The notes under the pieces were generated by a model. The model was not told where the DNA came from. It was given only the letters and a program-made list of their open reading frames with translations, and searched no databases. Shown here piece after piece: positions 18,654-28,506 of a stretch of 64,000 nucleotides of DNA. The position numbers and the translations under genes are program-made. The DNA is from Bacteriovoracaceae bacterium UBA4573 (GTDB taxonomy: Bacteria > Bdellovibrionota > UBA1018 > UBA923): NCBI GenBank assembly GCA_002387735.1, contig DGKJ01000108.1, positions 473 to 64,472 on the forward strand, read 5' to 3'. Every line of letters starts with the position of its first letter. Position 1 is the stretch's first letter.

Positions 18654-20267
18654 TTATTGAACCGACGTTCGCTGAACCGACGTCTCAGCGATTCGCCGCA
18701 GCTTCGGCTGTACCCGTGAATGGTGCCGTATTTCGGCCCGACTGCTATCCGCCTTACGCACTCGCTTGGCCCTTCGGCGACGTTTCCGCGAAGGAATGGG
18801 TTTTTCTTCGTACATACTGGCAATAACTCGTTTATAGCCGGTCGGAATAGGTAAATTAATGGTCTTGCCGACCGCCAATCCAGTGCCCGGACTGTTCACT
18901 TCGCGAATGGCATCGGTTTCGGTTTTAAATCGCCGCGCGATCGATTTCAGCGAATCGCCCCGTTGAACCTTATACTGGGTGTACGCCACTCTTCGATCAA
19001 AGCTCGCATCATTGTAGGTAGCCAAAAATCTTGATTTTACTGAAGCTGGCAATTTGATCCGGTAGGTTTTCGCGTAAGGCGGCGTGAGCCAGCGTAGCAC
19101 TTCGGGGTTGAGCAATTTGAGGCTAGAATAAGGCAATCCAGAGGCCTTTGAAATTGCAAATAGATCGGCTGGGCCTTTAACTTCGAATTCCAAAATTTGT
19201 TCATTCGGATTAGCGACCATATAAACCGAAGGGGTCATCACCGGATTCGGTCCGCTGGAGACCGCCGCGTGTTCTACGTCGTCGCTCTCGTCGCCGTCTT
19301 CGCTAGCTACTTCAGTGTCGACTTCTACATCGTTCACAGCAGGCGGTTCGGCCGGATCATCCGCCGTTTCTTCCGCCGCAGCGATAGGTTCCTCAAGTTC
19401 CTTGGGAGTTACCTCGTCTGCTTCCGCTACATCGGCATCTAACAGAATTGTCGGATTTCGCGATTTCCCATCTCGCGCAAAAGGATCTTCGAACCCAAAC
19501 TGTTCCGGATTTTTCGAAATTATTGCCGCAGCCATGATTTTCGGCACATAGTCCCGGGTTTCAGGCCTGAAAAAACGATGGCGTGCGATTTGCCAGAAAT
19601 CCGAGGTTTTGTATTTGGCGATCGCCCGCCGCACTTTGCCTTCCCCAGCATTGTACCCAGCAGCCGCCAATTCCCAGCTGCCAAATTCCTCATAGAGTTC
19701 TCTTAAATATTTGATAGCCGCCATGGTGCTTTTACGAGTGTCACGACGCTCGTCGAGCCAATAATCAATAGCCAAGCCGTAACGGCGACCCGTACCGCGT
19801 ATAAATTGCCAAGGACCAACCGCTTTTGCATGCGAACGCGCGGAGTTGTTAAACCCACTTTCAATCATCGCAAGATACACTAAGTCTTGCGGCATATTGG
19901 ACGCTCTTAGTACTTTGGCAATTTCGGGAATAAAATAACGACCTCGTTCGAGGTACTTGGTAAAGTACCGACGCCCTTTGCCTGTAAAATAGGAAATCCA
20001 GTGTTCAACCCTGGGATTCACAATAACCGGATAGTCGAAGGTGGTGTTCTTAATTTTTTGCCCCCACACCTCGAGCGGTTGGCCAGGCACTGAAGCAGCA
20101 CGAGCGTCGCGCTCCGCAGACGAAGGACGATCTGATTCGCGAATAACATGACCTATTGCGTCGTTATTAGTTCGAGGCCCAGAGGCACACCCGCTCAGAA
20201 CCCCTAACGAAAGGGCTCCCAGGACACTCAAAATAAACTTGCTGTAGATCAAAGGTGTTAATCGCAT
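18654..20267 (-). CDS. membrane-bound lytic murein transglycosylase D-like lipoprotein with C-terminal LysM
   Basis: Lipobox VLSGC. SLT catalytic region LVYLAMIESGFNNSARSHAKAVGPWQFIRGTGRRYGL. C-terminal LysM YKVQRGDSLKSIARRF. Confidence 0.75.
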   Translation of the reverse strand: MRLTPLIYSKFILSVLGALSLGVLSGCASGPRTNNDAIGHVIRESDRPSSAERDARAASVPGQPLEVWGQKIKNTTFDYPVIVNPRVEHWISYFTGKGRRYFTKYLERGRYFIPEIAKVLRASNMPQDLVYLAMIESGFNNSARSHAKAVGPWQFIRGTGRRYGLAIDYWLDERRDTRKSTMAAIKYLRELYEEFGSWELAAAGYNAGEGKVRRAIAKYKTSDFWQIARHRFFRPETRDYVPKIMAAAIISKNPEQFGFEDPFARDGKSRNPTILLDADVAEADEVTPKELEEPIAAAEETADDPAEPPAVNDVEVDTEVASEDGDESDDVEHAAVSSGPNPVMTPSVYMVANPNEQILEFEVKGPADLFAISKASGLPYSSLKLLNPEVLRWLTPPYAKTYRIKLPASVKSRFLATYNDASFDRRVAYTQYKVQRGDSLKSIARRFKTETDAIREVNSPGTGLAVGKTINLPIPTGYKRVIASMYEEKPIPSRKRRRRAKRVRKADSSRAEIRHHSRVQPKLRRIAETSVQRTSVQ

Positions 20268-20367
20268 TGTGTTGGTTTTATCCTTCCATCCATGGAAAAA
20301 GAGCCCGACTCTGTTTTACCTCGCTCGGCCAAGGTCTAAACAGTTTAAGGAAACTTAGTCGAACCTG

Positions 20368-21651
20368 TCAAAATTTTTCACGTCCGCGGTTCACTTCGGT
20401 AGGCGAAACTGGTTCAATCATTAGATTTTTTCCAGATTCGGGGTCTGACACGATAAACGGAGTGCCGGCATTGCCTCCGGATACGGAGCTCTGCTGCGTG
20501 CCCAGATCGGCCTGCAGACCACCGTGACTCGCTATTTTTCGTCGGGCCGCGTCGAATTGCTGGATAATAACTGCGGTCTCCGCATTTTCCGAAAGTTGCC
20601 CGTAGCCGTTGATAGTCCAAAATCGACCGCTGGCCTTTTCGGCAATTTCTGCCCGATAACCTAATTCCGAGTCTTTTGAAATTCCTCTTAAAAAATAGGA
20701 TGCGTCACTTGATGCCAGGTCTGACAAAGAATTCCAGTACGCCGATAAATCGCCTGATTCAAAAACGTAACCACCAGTGTGGTCGTGACTCATTCGTTCG
20801 CCGAGATACACGAGCTCTAGTTTTGCCCGAACTTCCTGCTCTATCCAATGTGTGGCACGATAGCGCTGCACCCATTGGAACAGATTCGGCGGTATAAGCT
20901 GGTCGCTTTCGTCGAGCGTAATAGTTTCTCCGCCAGTTGAGCCAGCCAATCCAACTGCCACCCACGCAAATTCACCCTCACTTTGCGCACGAGGGCGCCG
21001 CTCGTAACGAAAGTAACCTCCATACACACCTTCCCAAATTTTCAAGATGTCTGGTTTGGGCTCGGTCACTGCCTTTTCCCGCGCAAGTCTAAACAGCACT
21101 GTCTTGGCCAAAGTGCGAAGATACTCTTTTGGGGGGTCCGGCAACGGAAAGTTACTCTTTATCTCAAAGTTTTGATCAATAAAAAGGCGATCACCGGCAA
21201 CAGACTTAGTGTCGAACATTGTACGAAACCCCTGGCCCGTCGCCCGAATCAACAACTGGCTTGGAGATGCTTTGGCCACTTCGACGCGATAATTGAGCGT
21301 ACTCGATCCCAGAAGGTCGGGCACCCGACCTAACGCATTTGTGAAGGTTCCGAACTCTTTGTGCACAACACGCTCGGCTCGCACAAGCAAGTCCAACCCC
21401 AGAACCAACAAAAGTCGGTGGTCTTCAATATTGTAGCGGTCTTGATAACGGTGCTCGCCCGAGTCTCGGCCCGTTGGAGCGCTCAGTACCGCCGCCGAAG
21501 CACTCGGCCCCAAATACTGGAACACCGCTGCGCCCGCGTGGAACAGCCCGGGCAGAAGCGCAAAAACTACAAGCGCAAAAGGGGCAAATGGCCCTAATGT
21601 ACCGAGCTTATTCTTGGATTGGTGATTTTCGGATGAGGAACGGTCCCCCAT
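20368..21651 (-). CDS. hypothetical membrane-anchored protein (427 aa)
   Basis: A single N-terminal TM segment LGPFAPFALVVFALLPGLFHAGAAVF followed by a large soluble domain. No motif recognised. Confidence 0.45.
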   Translation of the reverse strand: MGDRSSSENHQSKNKLGTLGPFAPFALVVFALLPGLFHAGAAVFQYLGPSASAAVLSAPTGRDSGEHRYQDRYNIEDHRLLLVLGLDLLVRAERVVHKEFGTFTNALGRVPDLLGSSTLNYRVEVAKASPSQLLIRATGQGFRTMFDTKSVAGDRLFIDQNFEIKSNFPLPDPPKEYLRTLAKTVLFRLAREKAVTEPKPDILKIWEGVYGGYFRYERRPRAQSEGEFAWVAVGLAGSTGGETITLDESDQLIPPNLFQWVQRYRATHWIEQEVRAKLELVYLGERMSHDHTGGYVFESGDLSAYWNSLSDLASSDASYFLRGISKDSELGYRAEIAEKASGRFWTINGYGQLSENAETAVIIQQFDAARRKIASHGGLQADLGTQQSSVSGGNAGTPFIVSDPESGKNLMIEPVSPTEVNRGREKF

Positions 21652-21932
21652 GCAACACTACTCTTCCCTTGCTGACTCAGAACCCGCACCAAAAAGTGAT
21701 GCAAATACTAGACCTTTTTAGTTAACAATGTTCACTTTTCTTTCTCTTTGATTTTAAAGACCTTTTTTAAGATTCGGCGATTTCCCCGGGGATATTATTT
21801 CGAATTTACCGCCTAAGTTTTGGCCAGTGACAAGTTCTTAGACAGGAGCAAGAAGTTTTCGCTGAATTTGCACTCTGTGGCCAAAATCGATATATCCCCG
21901 AAGCGTTTTTATCCTTTGGGGAGGGGTGACTA

Positions 21933-22955
21933 ATGGCGAAGGTTCGCAGACGGCGAAATTGGTTTTTGGGGGTTCGATTCTTTTTTTTCGCCTACGTTCT
22001 TACGGTCTCCGGCACCCTCACGTTTGCGAGTTCATTGACTTCTCAAAACTGTGCCCCCCAAAAAAATCGCTACAGCTACTTTCATGAAGTCGAGTTACTA
22101 TTCCATTCCGAACTTTCTCGTTTTCGAATGAATGCCGAACGCCACGCACTTCAGCTTGAAAAGTTGTACACGAATTTGTTTGATCTGCTTAACGTCAACA
22201 AAAATTGGATCTATAAAAAAACCGCCTCTGGCCGGTTTCACCTAAATCAGGTGCAGCTCCAAAACATCGCCGCAGGAAAAAGCACTCTCGATCTTCCCGA
22301 TGAAAAAAAATTCCTAAAAAATATTCGTGAAATCGCTCGACCATTTTCCCGCTCTCTCAACAAACTTCTAGTCGGGCTATTCGGTGTGCAAACGAAATGC
22401 GTTTTTCAAGGAACCAACAGCGGATTATTTGATTACCAGATTTTGGAAGTCACGCCTCTCGGCGGACCAACACCACCATCATTGGGAAAAGACTTTTTTG
22501 CGTCCTCTATTGTACTGCCGTTTACTTGCGAAGTTGGGTTAGCTCCATCTGACGACGACGTAACCCCTACACTTGAAATAAACCTTACCCTCAGTGCCGC
22601 CCGCGATGAAGAACCCACCGTAGAAATCGCGAACGCTTACACAACGCCGATCCCGGGAATTACGATACTGACTGCGCCGAATACTAAAATCGGCAATCTT
22701 GAAGTCACGCTGAGCACTGAATTTGAATTTCCGCCCTATGGCTTAGATCCGGGGCCCGATCCACTTCGAAATTATGCCCCCGACTGGACCCCGCTAATGG
22801 ACATTTTCTGGAACCAAGAATTACAAGGCTCGATGTTTTATTCGATTTGGTCACCCACTCATCGTTCAATTGATATGGCGACTGTTCAGGAATTTAACTC
22901 TGACGTTTCCCAGATCGCGCAAAACCTTTTTAATGCACTGCCCACGTGTAAATAG
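21933..22955 (+). CDS. hypothetical secreted protein (340 aa)
   Basis: RBS GGGGAGGGG precedes the ATG. N-terminal hydrophobic segment FFFFAYVLTVSGTLTFASS. Confidence 0.45.
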   Translation: MAKVRRRRNWFLGVRFFFFAYVLTVSGTLTFASSLTSQNCAPQKNRYSYFHEVELLFHSELSRFRMNAERHALQLEKLYTNLFDLLNVNKNWIYKKTASGRFHLNQVQLQNIAAGKSTLDLPDEKKFLKNIREIARPFSRSLNKLLVGLFGVQTKCVFQGTNSGLFDYQILEVTPLGGPTPPSLGKDFFASSIVLPFTCEVGLAPSDDDVTPTLEINLTLSAARDEEPTVEIANAYTTPIPGITILTAPNTKIGNLEVTLSTEFEFPPYGLDPGPDPLRNYAPDWTPLMDIFWNQELQGSMFYSIWSPTHRSIDMATVQEFNSDVSQIAQNLFNALPTCK

Positions 22956-23112
22956 TTTATTTTCACCAATATTGTGAAAGTAATTTTTTTACGAATTTAC
23001 GCGATGAGTCCTATATTTTTTATAATTGCACAGCGTTATTAAAACCATTTTAATCAAAAACTAACTCATTGAAATTTAAAAACAAACGATTGACGACCTG
23101 CACATTTTTGAG

Positions 23113-23129
23113 CTGGCACTGCACTTGCG
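23113..23129 (+). promoter_or_regulatory. candidate sigma-54 (-24/-12) promoter element cTGGCACtgcacTTGCg
   Basis: TGGCAC-N5-TTGC with exact GG-N10-GC spacing, about 220 nt upstream of the M4 protease start. An AT-rich region lies upstream. Confidence 0.4.
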
Positions 23130-23348
23130 TACTCTTGTTTATGTCAATGATGACACTCTCCGCGGCTCTAGGGCCCGAAAAATGACAACATGGGGGTTGT
23201 CGGCTGCGGAGCGAAGCCGAAGGGGTTCGAAGAAATTTGAACACCTGAAGCAAAAAAGGGGGCGCTTCTTCTGACAAAGCCATTAGGGCGAGTGCAGAGG
23301 AAGCGCATGGAATAGCACTTTTTTCTTCTTCAACAAGGAGGTTGGTTC

Positions 23349-24953
23349 ATGGCTAAAGAACCAATGAGTGCCCGGTTAAGGATGACTTGGAAAAAGAGTT
23401 GTGTTGCAACTCTTGTTTCCGCGACCGCGACGCTCACCGTTTCGTCCGTTGCATCTGCTCAAATATCCACCATCATCGATCTGCCAAAAAACGCACCGCT
23501 CTCGGAGATGATCCGGCAAGCTGCGCGCTATTTGCAGTCGAACGATTCGTTTCATTCGGGGCGACTCATGGGTGGTGCTCAAATCGCTTCTGAGAAAAGC
23601 GACTTCGTCTTAAAGCGCGCCACTGGCGACGCAATTTCGACGACACTTCAATATGTGCCAGTATTTGGTGGCATCGAAGTACTTGGTCGCGCCACGCGTT
23701 TTCATTTCGATGCGCGCGGGAAAATGCGGTTTGTAAACGACGCTAAAGCAGTCAACGTGAATACGACTCCTGCGTTGTCTCAAAAAGACGTACTGGCTAC
23801 ATTACGCGATCGGTACAACACCAATCCAGTAATCGAAACAGGACCAACGCTTAAGATATTCCAAGACTTCAGTGGAACCCATCGCTTAATTTACGCGATC
23901 ACCACGAAAACCACCGAAGATCACCGCGGTCAGAAAATATATTTGGATGCACACACCGGTGCATTCATTATGGAAGCGCCGCGAACTTATGATCTGCACG
24001 CTGCCACCGACACTCGCACCTTTCGTAAAATGTTTGGCGATCTCGCGGCGGCCAATGCCCAAGTCACTGGCAAACACGTAGTGATGAGTGCCGACACTCA
24101 AAAAGCGCTCTCGAAAACTGGACGTGACGGCTATCCAAGCGGGTTTGATCTCGACTGGTACGACACCGTGTACACTGACGACAAAGGCTTTGACATGGAC
24201 ATCGCTGACCGTGCGGCAGTGAATGCGCTCGTCAATGCCCGTCGTGTTTACGAATACTACAAGTCAACGTTTGGTCGGAGTTCCTACAATAACAAGGACT
24301 CACTCATCACTAGCGTCGTACACGTGGGTCGCAACATGAACAACGCTATGTGGTCCGACGAAATCGGTTCAATGCTTTATGGTGACGGCGACGAGCGTTT
24401 GTTTCGCGACTTAACTATTGGGCTCGATGTTGCGGGACACGAAATGACTCACGGAGTGATTTCGACTAGCGCCAATCTCGAATACGCAGCCGAGTCGGGC
24501 GCACTAAACGAGTCGTTTGCCGATTTTTTCGGAAAGATGATCGACTATGTACCGGGAGACTGGGACATCGGCGCCACGATCATGGCCGAAGGATTTCGTC
24601 ACAAACGACGCGCCCTTCGTAACATGATTCACCCAGAAGAGTTCGACCAACCGGGCGACAATGACAGCAACCTACGTGAAAGCACACGTGGGCCGTGTTC
24701 ACCATTCAACGACATGTGCGGAGTCCACACTAACAGTGGCATTCCAAACAAAGCTTCGGCGCTGATGGTCGTTGCTCTCGGTAAGGAGAAGGTCGAAAAT
24801 CTTTATTACCAAGTTCTCACCAAGCACTTAACTGCGAGTTCTGATTTTTCAGACATGCGTAAGCAAACCGAACAGGCTTGCGACATCATGTATGGCAAAT
24901 CGTCTACTGAATGTGCTGCTGTGACAAAAGCCTTTGATACGGTGAAAATGTAA
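23349..24953 (+). CDS. secreted M4 family (thermolysin-like) zinc metalloprotease
   Basis: Signal peptide MAKEPMSARLRMTWKKSCVATLVSATATLTVSSVASAQ. Zinc site VAGHEMTHGV (HEXXH) plus downstream GALNESFADFFG (the third zinc ligand, Glu, in the NExxSD motif of M4). AAGGAGG RBS 7 nt upstream. Confidence 0.8.
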   Translation: MAKEPMSARLRMTWKKSCVATLVSATATLTVSSVASAQISTIIDLPKNAPLSEMIRQAARYLQSNDSFHSGRLMGGAQIASEKSDFVLKRATGDAISTTLQYVPVFGGIEVLGRATRFHFDARGKMRFVNDAKAVNVNTTPALSQKDVLATLRDRYNTNPVIETGPTLKIFQDFSGTHRLIYAITTKTTEDHRGQKIYLDAHTGAFIMEAPRTYDLHAATDTRTFRKMFGDLAAANAQVTGKHVVMSADTQKALSKTGRDGYPSGFDLDWYDTVYTDDKGFDMDIADRAAVNALVNARRVYEYYKSTFGRSSYNNKDSLITSVVHVGRNMNNAMWSDEIGSMLYGDGDERLFRDLTIGLDVAGHEMTHGVISTSANLEYAAESGALNESFADFFGKMIDYVPGDWDIGATIMAEGFRHKRRALRNMIHPEEFDQPGDNDSNLRESTRGPCSPFNDMCGVHTNSGIPNKASALMVVALGKEKVENLYYQVLTKHLTASSDFSDMRKQTEQACDIMYGKSSTECAAVTKAFDTVKM

Positions 24954-25025
24954 AAAAACACCGCATCAAAGTTTCTAGACGCGTTCCCCCAAAAGCGTGT
25001 TTAGAAACCCCAGACCCACATACAA

Positions 25026-25075
25026 CCCTCGCGCCTCCCCAAAAAGTTAGTACGGCGCGGGGGTTTTGTGTTTCT
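25026..25075 (+). terminator. rho-independent terminator after the M4 protease gene
   Basis: ccctcgcgcc ... ggcgcggggg stem followed by ttttgtgtttct. Confidence 0.5.
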
Positions 25076-25084
25076 AAGATGACT

Positions 25085-25543
25085 TCAACCTGCAATTTTG
25101 GATTCGTCGAAATTTTGGAGCGTGGACAGCACGACACCTGCGAGCGCTTCGTCTGACTCAAACACGTCGTCTACCAAGGTATTGTCGAACAAAAATTGAA
25201 CCACCGACTTGGAAGTATCACGCAAAGTGCCCTTCAAATAAAAACCCCGAATTGCGTTGTCTTCATAGCGACTGCGCAAAGCCCGTTTTTGACTCTGAAA
25301 GGCTTCGGTCTCAGTAAGATTTTGGTTTGCTAACGCGTCGGCACGACTAGCTACTTCGGTGCGCGCCTGAATGGTGAAATCTTCGTCGGTAAGAATCTTA
25401 GTTGCCAAGAACTGTTCGAAACTCAATTGGAGATCATTGCGAACCCGTGGGTTAAATTCGATCATTTTTTGATTCTCAAATTTTGACAACAAGACTTTTG
25501 CCAAAACTTTAAGTGAGTGCTTATTGGTGGTCTGAGTTTCCAT
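25085..25543 (-). CDS. hypothetical protein (152 aa)
   Basis: An ORF with an ATG start. It overlaps the murJ 3' end by 23 nt. No motif recognised. Confidence 0.4.
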   Translation of the reverse strand: METQTTNKHSLKVLAKVLLSKFENQKMIEFNPRVRNDLQLSFEQFLATKILTDEDFTIQARTEVASRADALANQNLTETEAFQSQKRALRSRYEDNAIRGFYLKGTLRDTSKSVVQFLFDNTLVDDVFESDEALAGVVLSTLQNFDESKIAG

Positions 25544-27152
25544 TTTTCCCCCTAAAACGCCGAACGACCACGTTCAAAGCGCGATCGATTTCTGAAATCC
25601 TAAACACCTTGCCAACGGCAAGCCAGGTTGCGATGGCCGCTAATAGAGCACAAACAACCTGCGAACTCCAAGTAAAAACCCCCGTATTTATTCCGATTTT
25701 TACCCAAAAAGTGGCCGCGCCGCTACTGGCGGCATAACTCGTGGCACCGACCGCGGCTGCCACAGCGCCATGTGCGAAAAGGCGCGAAAAAAATTGGGTA
25801 CCAAGTATTCCACCCATTTTTCTATTTAAAAAATACAGCAGTAATACGGCGTTGAGCGTGGCGACGATCGAAGTTGAGAGCGCCAACGCCCAGAACGGAA
25901 ACCCCCAGACTGCTGAAAATAAATGGTTGAGCACTAGGTTCAAACCTACCATGACAAAGCTAATCGTAACCGGTATGCGCGTGCGTTCGAGCGCGTAAAA
26001 CACAGGCACAAGAACTTTCACAACTGAGTACCCTGGCAGTCCTAATGCATACCAAAAAAGTGCCTGCGCGGTTTGTTGAGCGTCAAAAAGTTTAAATTGA
26101 CCGTGTTGAAAGATCATTTGCACGATCGGGAGTCCCACCACCATTAATCCAGCCGCCGCCGGACCATTTACCGCAAATACTAAATGCAACGAATTCGCCA
26201 CTTCGTCTGCCGCTTCTTTGGGTGAGCCCTTAGCAAGTTTTCGCGTGACTAGAGGCAGGGTTGCCACCGCCAAAGAAACTCCAAATATGCCGATAGGAAA
26301 CTGCAAAAACCTAAACGCGTAATTCAACCAGCTCACCGCGCCAGAGCCAAAATGGGTGGCATAAACCGAGTTGACCAATATATTAAGTTGGGTCGCCGCT
26401 AGCCCCACGGTACCGGGGACCAAAAGCAGAAGCACTTTCTTAGTTCCTGGGTCGGCAAAGGGTCGAGCAAAGTTCTTTGCAAATTCCAGGGGTCGGTACC
26501 CTTTTTTCCGAAGTTGCCACCACTGCACATAAAATTGGAGAAAACCACCGACCAAAACTCCGACCGCCATGCTGTAGATTGGCGGTAAAGAAGTATGATT
26601 CGCAAACAATGGAGTGAGAATAACCCCGCACAAAATCGACGCCACATTGAACAATACGGGGGCAAACGCTGGCAAAAAGAACGAACCCATGGCGTTTAGG
26701 GCGCCCATAAGTACCGCAGCGAGCGCGACCATGGGGAAGAATGGAAACATGACTTGGGTGAGTTGCGTTGCGAGTTCTAGTTTGCCTGGCACACTCGCAA
26801 ATGCGCTAGCATACAAACGAACGAGCGGTTCGCTCAAACAAATACCGACAAACGACAACGCACTCAACCCTACTACCAAAACAGCCACGACCGAAGATAG
26901 CAACCGAAACGCCGCCTTGGTGGTATTCAGGAGTGCTCTGGTAAAGTTAGGCACGAAAGCCGCACTCATGGCCCCTTCGGCAAAGAGATCTCGCAGTAAA
27001 TTTGGAATTCGAAAAGCTATATTAAACGCGTCGGCCGCGTCGGTGGCACCAAAATAAAAGGCAAAGACCTGCTCACGCACTAGCCCAAAAACGCGACTGC
27101 ACAGCGTGGCAAGGCCCATTTTTCCGGCAGACTTGGCAACAGAACTAGACAC
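25521..27152 (-). CDS. murJ: lipid II flippase MurJ (MviN)
   Basis: About 14 TM segments. The N-terminus LCSRVFGLVREQVFAFYFGATDAADAFNIAFRIPNLLRDLFAEGAMSAAFVP aligns with E. coli MurJ [46 protein letters not shown]. Confidence 0.85.
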   Translation of the reverse strand: MSSSVAKSAGKMGLATLCSRVFGLVREQVFAFYFGATDAADAFNIAFRIPNLLRDLFAEGAMSAAFVPNFTRALLNTTKAAFRLLSSVVAVLVVGLSALSFVGICLSEPLVRLYASAFASVPGKLELATQLTQVMFPFFPMVALAAVLMGALNAMGSFFLPAFAPVLFNVASILCGVILTPLFANHTSLPPIYSMAVGVLVGGFLQFYVQWWQLRKKGYRPLEFAKNFARPFADPGTKKVLLLLVPGTVGLAATQLNILVNSVYATHFGSGAVSWLNYAFRFLQFPIGIFGVSLAVATLPLVTRKLAKGSPKEAADEVANSLHLVFAVNGPAAAGLMVVGLPIVQMIFQHGQFKLFDAQQTAQALFWYALGLPGYSVVKVLVPVFYALERTRIPVTISFVMVGLNLVLNHLFSAVWGFPFWALALSTSIVATLNAVLLLYFLNRKMGGILGTQFFSRLFAHGAVAAAVGATSYAASSGAATFWVKIGINTGVFTWSSQVVCALLAAIATWLAVGKVFRISEIDRALNVVVRRFRGKNGNSDHQ

Positions 27153-27417
27153 TCGCGACCATTCTTCCGATCTTTTCTTCTATTTTTCCACGCATTGGCT
27201 TAAGTAAAAAATTCAAATCCAACTCCACCACCACTTTGCCATCTTTGCAGGCGATATTAGCCTTAAATCCGGGTCCGGTCGCCCTTGTGGTATGAGCCGC
27301 GTCGTCAAACGTCACCTCTTTGAGTTGTTCAAGTTTACCGGCGTTTCGGTAGTCCTCGAGCTTTTTTTTAAGTTTTAAGTAAATCTCTGCCGCACTGCCG
27401 TTTGCTGCGTATTCCAT
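27145..27417 (-). CDS. small protein resembling polyhydroxyalkanoate-system (PHA_gran_rgn-like) family
   Basis: The ATG at 27417 is preceded by GAGGAG. The C-terminal ELDLNFLLKPMRGKIEEKI resembles the conserved C-terminus of the roughly 90-aa PHA-system protein family. The stop overlaps the murJ start. Confidence 0.35.
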   Translation of the reverse strand: MEYAANGSAAEIYLKLKKKLEDYRNAGKLEQLKEVTFDDAAHTTRATGPGFKANIACKDGKVVVELDLNFLLKPMRGKIEEKIGRMVASV

Positions 27418-27519
27418 AGTGAGCTCCTCTGTTCCCAGGGTGGCAACTCTGATTTGCCACTTCACTAATCGATTTTACTAGGGCATGTTTTCGTTGTCAT
27501 AAATTTATAGGCAAATTCC

Positions 27520-28506
27520 ATGAAAACTTCGTTCACTGACCTCATTGGTTCAAAATATCCGATCATCGCAGGCCCAATGTTTTTGGTCAGTGATGAAACG
27601 CTCGTTACCGCAGCTTGCGACGCAGGTATCGTAGGGGCGTGTCCGTCGCTCAACTGGCGCACGACGGAACAGTTTCGTCAGGCCTTGAAAACCATCAAAC
27701 AGAGTGTGGGAACTAAACCGTTTGCTGTGAATATTATTGTAAACAAAAGTAATCTCCGGGCTGAGCCCGATCTTAAAGCCTGCCTTGATGAAGGGGTTCC
27801 TCTCTTCGTAACCAGTCTTGGCAGCCCTAAACAAGTCATCGCCGATGCCCACAAAAACGGTGCGAAGGTTTTTTGTGACGTTGTTAATGTAGAGTACGCC
27901 AAAAAAGTTCAAGACCTAGGGGCCGACGGCGTCATTGCGGTCTCCCAAGGTGCCGGTGGCCACGCTGGCCCGATTAGCAGCATGGTCCTCGTACCGTATT
28001 TAAAGAAACACTTGAGCATCCCAATTGTTGCGGCCGGGGGAATTGCTACCGGTCGCGGTCTCGCCGCGGCGCTCGCCCTGGGCGCCAGTGCCGTACAAAT
28101 AGGTACCAGATTTATTGCATCGACCGAGTGCCGCGTAAACGAATCCTATAAAAAAGCGATTGTTGCGGCCGAGCCTGAAGACATTGTACTTACTTCGCGA
28201 ATATCGGGCACCCCGGCCACAGTGATCAAGACTCCTTACATCGAAAAAGTAGGTCTTGATCTCAACCCGATCGAAAAGTGGCTCCTCAACACCAATCGCA
28301 CTAAAAAGTGGGCGAAACTGCTAGTTAATCTGCGCGGCATGAAGTGGCTCGAAGCGGCCGCTACCCGCACCACCTGGAAAGAAGTCTGGAGCGCCGGACA
28401 GGGTGTTGGTCTAATTGACCAGGTGGAACCAGTCGCAACCATTGTTCAACACTTGATTTCGGAGTATGAAGAAGCTGTGAATGGACTCCCGCATGCAAAA
28501 CCATAA
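27520..28506 (+). CDS. nitronate monooxygenase / 2-nitropropane dioxygenase family (FabK-like) FMN oxidoreductase
   Basis: GPMFLVSDETLVTAACDAGIVG and IVAAGGIATGRGLAAALALGASAVQIGTRF are typical of the NMO/NPD TIM-barrel family. Confidence 0.8.
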   Translation: MKTSFTDLIGSKYPIIAGPMFLVSDETLVTAACDAGIVGACPSLNWRTTEQFRQALKTIKQSVGTKPFAVNIIVNKSNLRAEPDLKACLDEGVPLFVTSLGSPKQVIADAHKNGAKVFCDVVNVEYAKKVQDLGADGVIAVSQGAGGHAGPISSMVLVPYLKKHLSIPIVAAGGIATGRGLAAALALGASAVQIGTRFIASTECRVNESYKKAIVAAEPEDIVLTSRISGTPATVIKTPYIEKVGLDLNPIEKWLLNTNRTKKWAKLLVNLRGMKWLEAAATRTTWKEVWSAGQGVGLIDQVEPVATIVQHLISEYEEAVNGLPHAKP

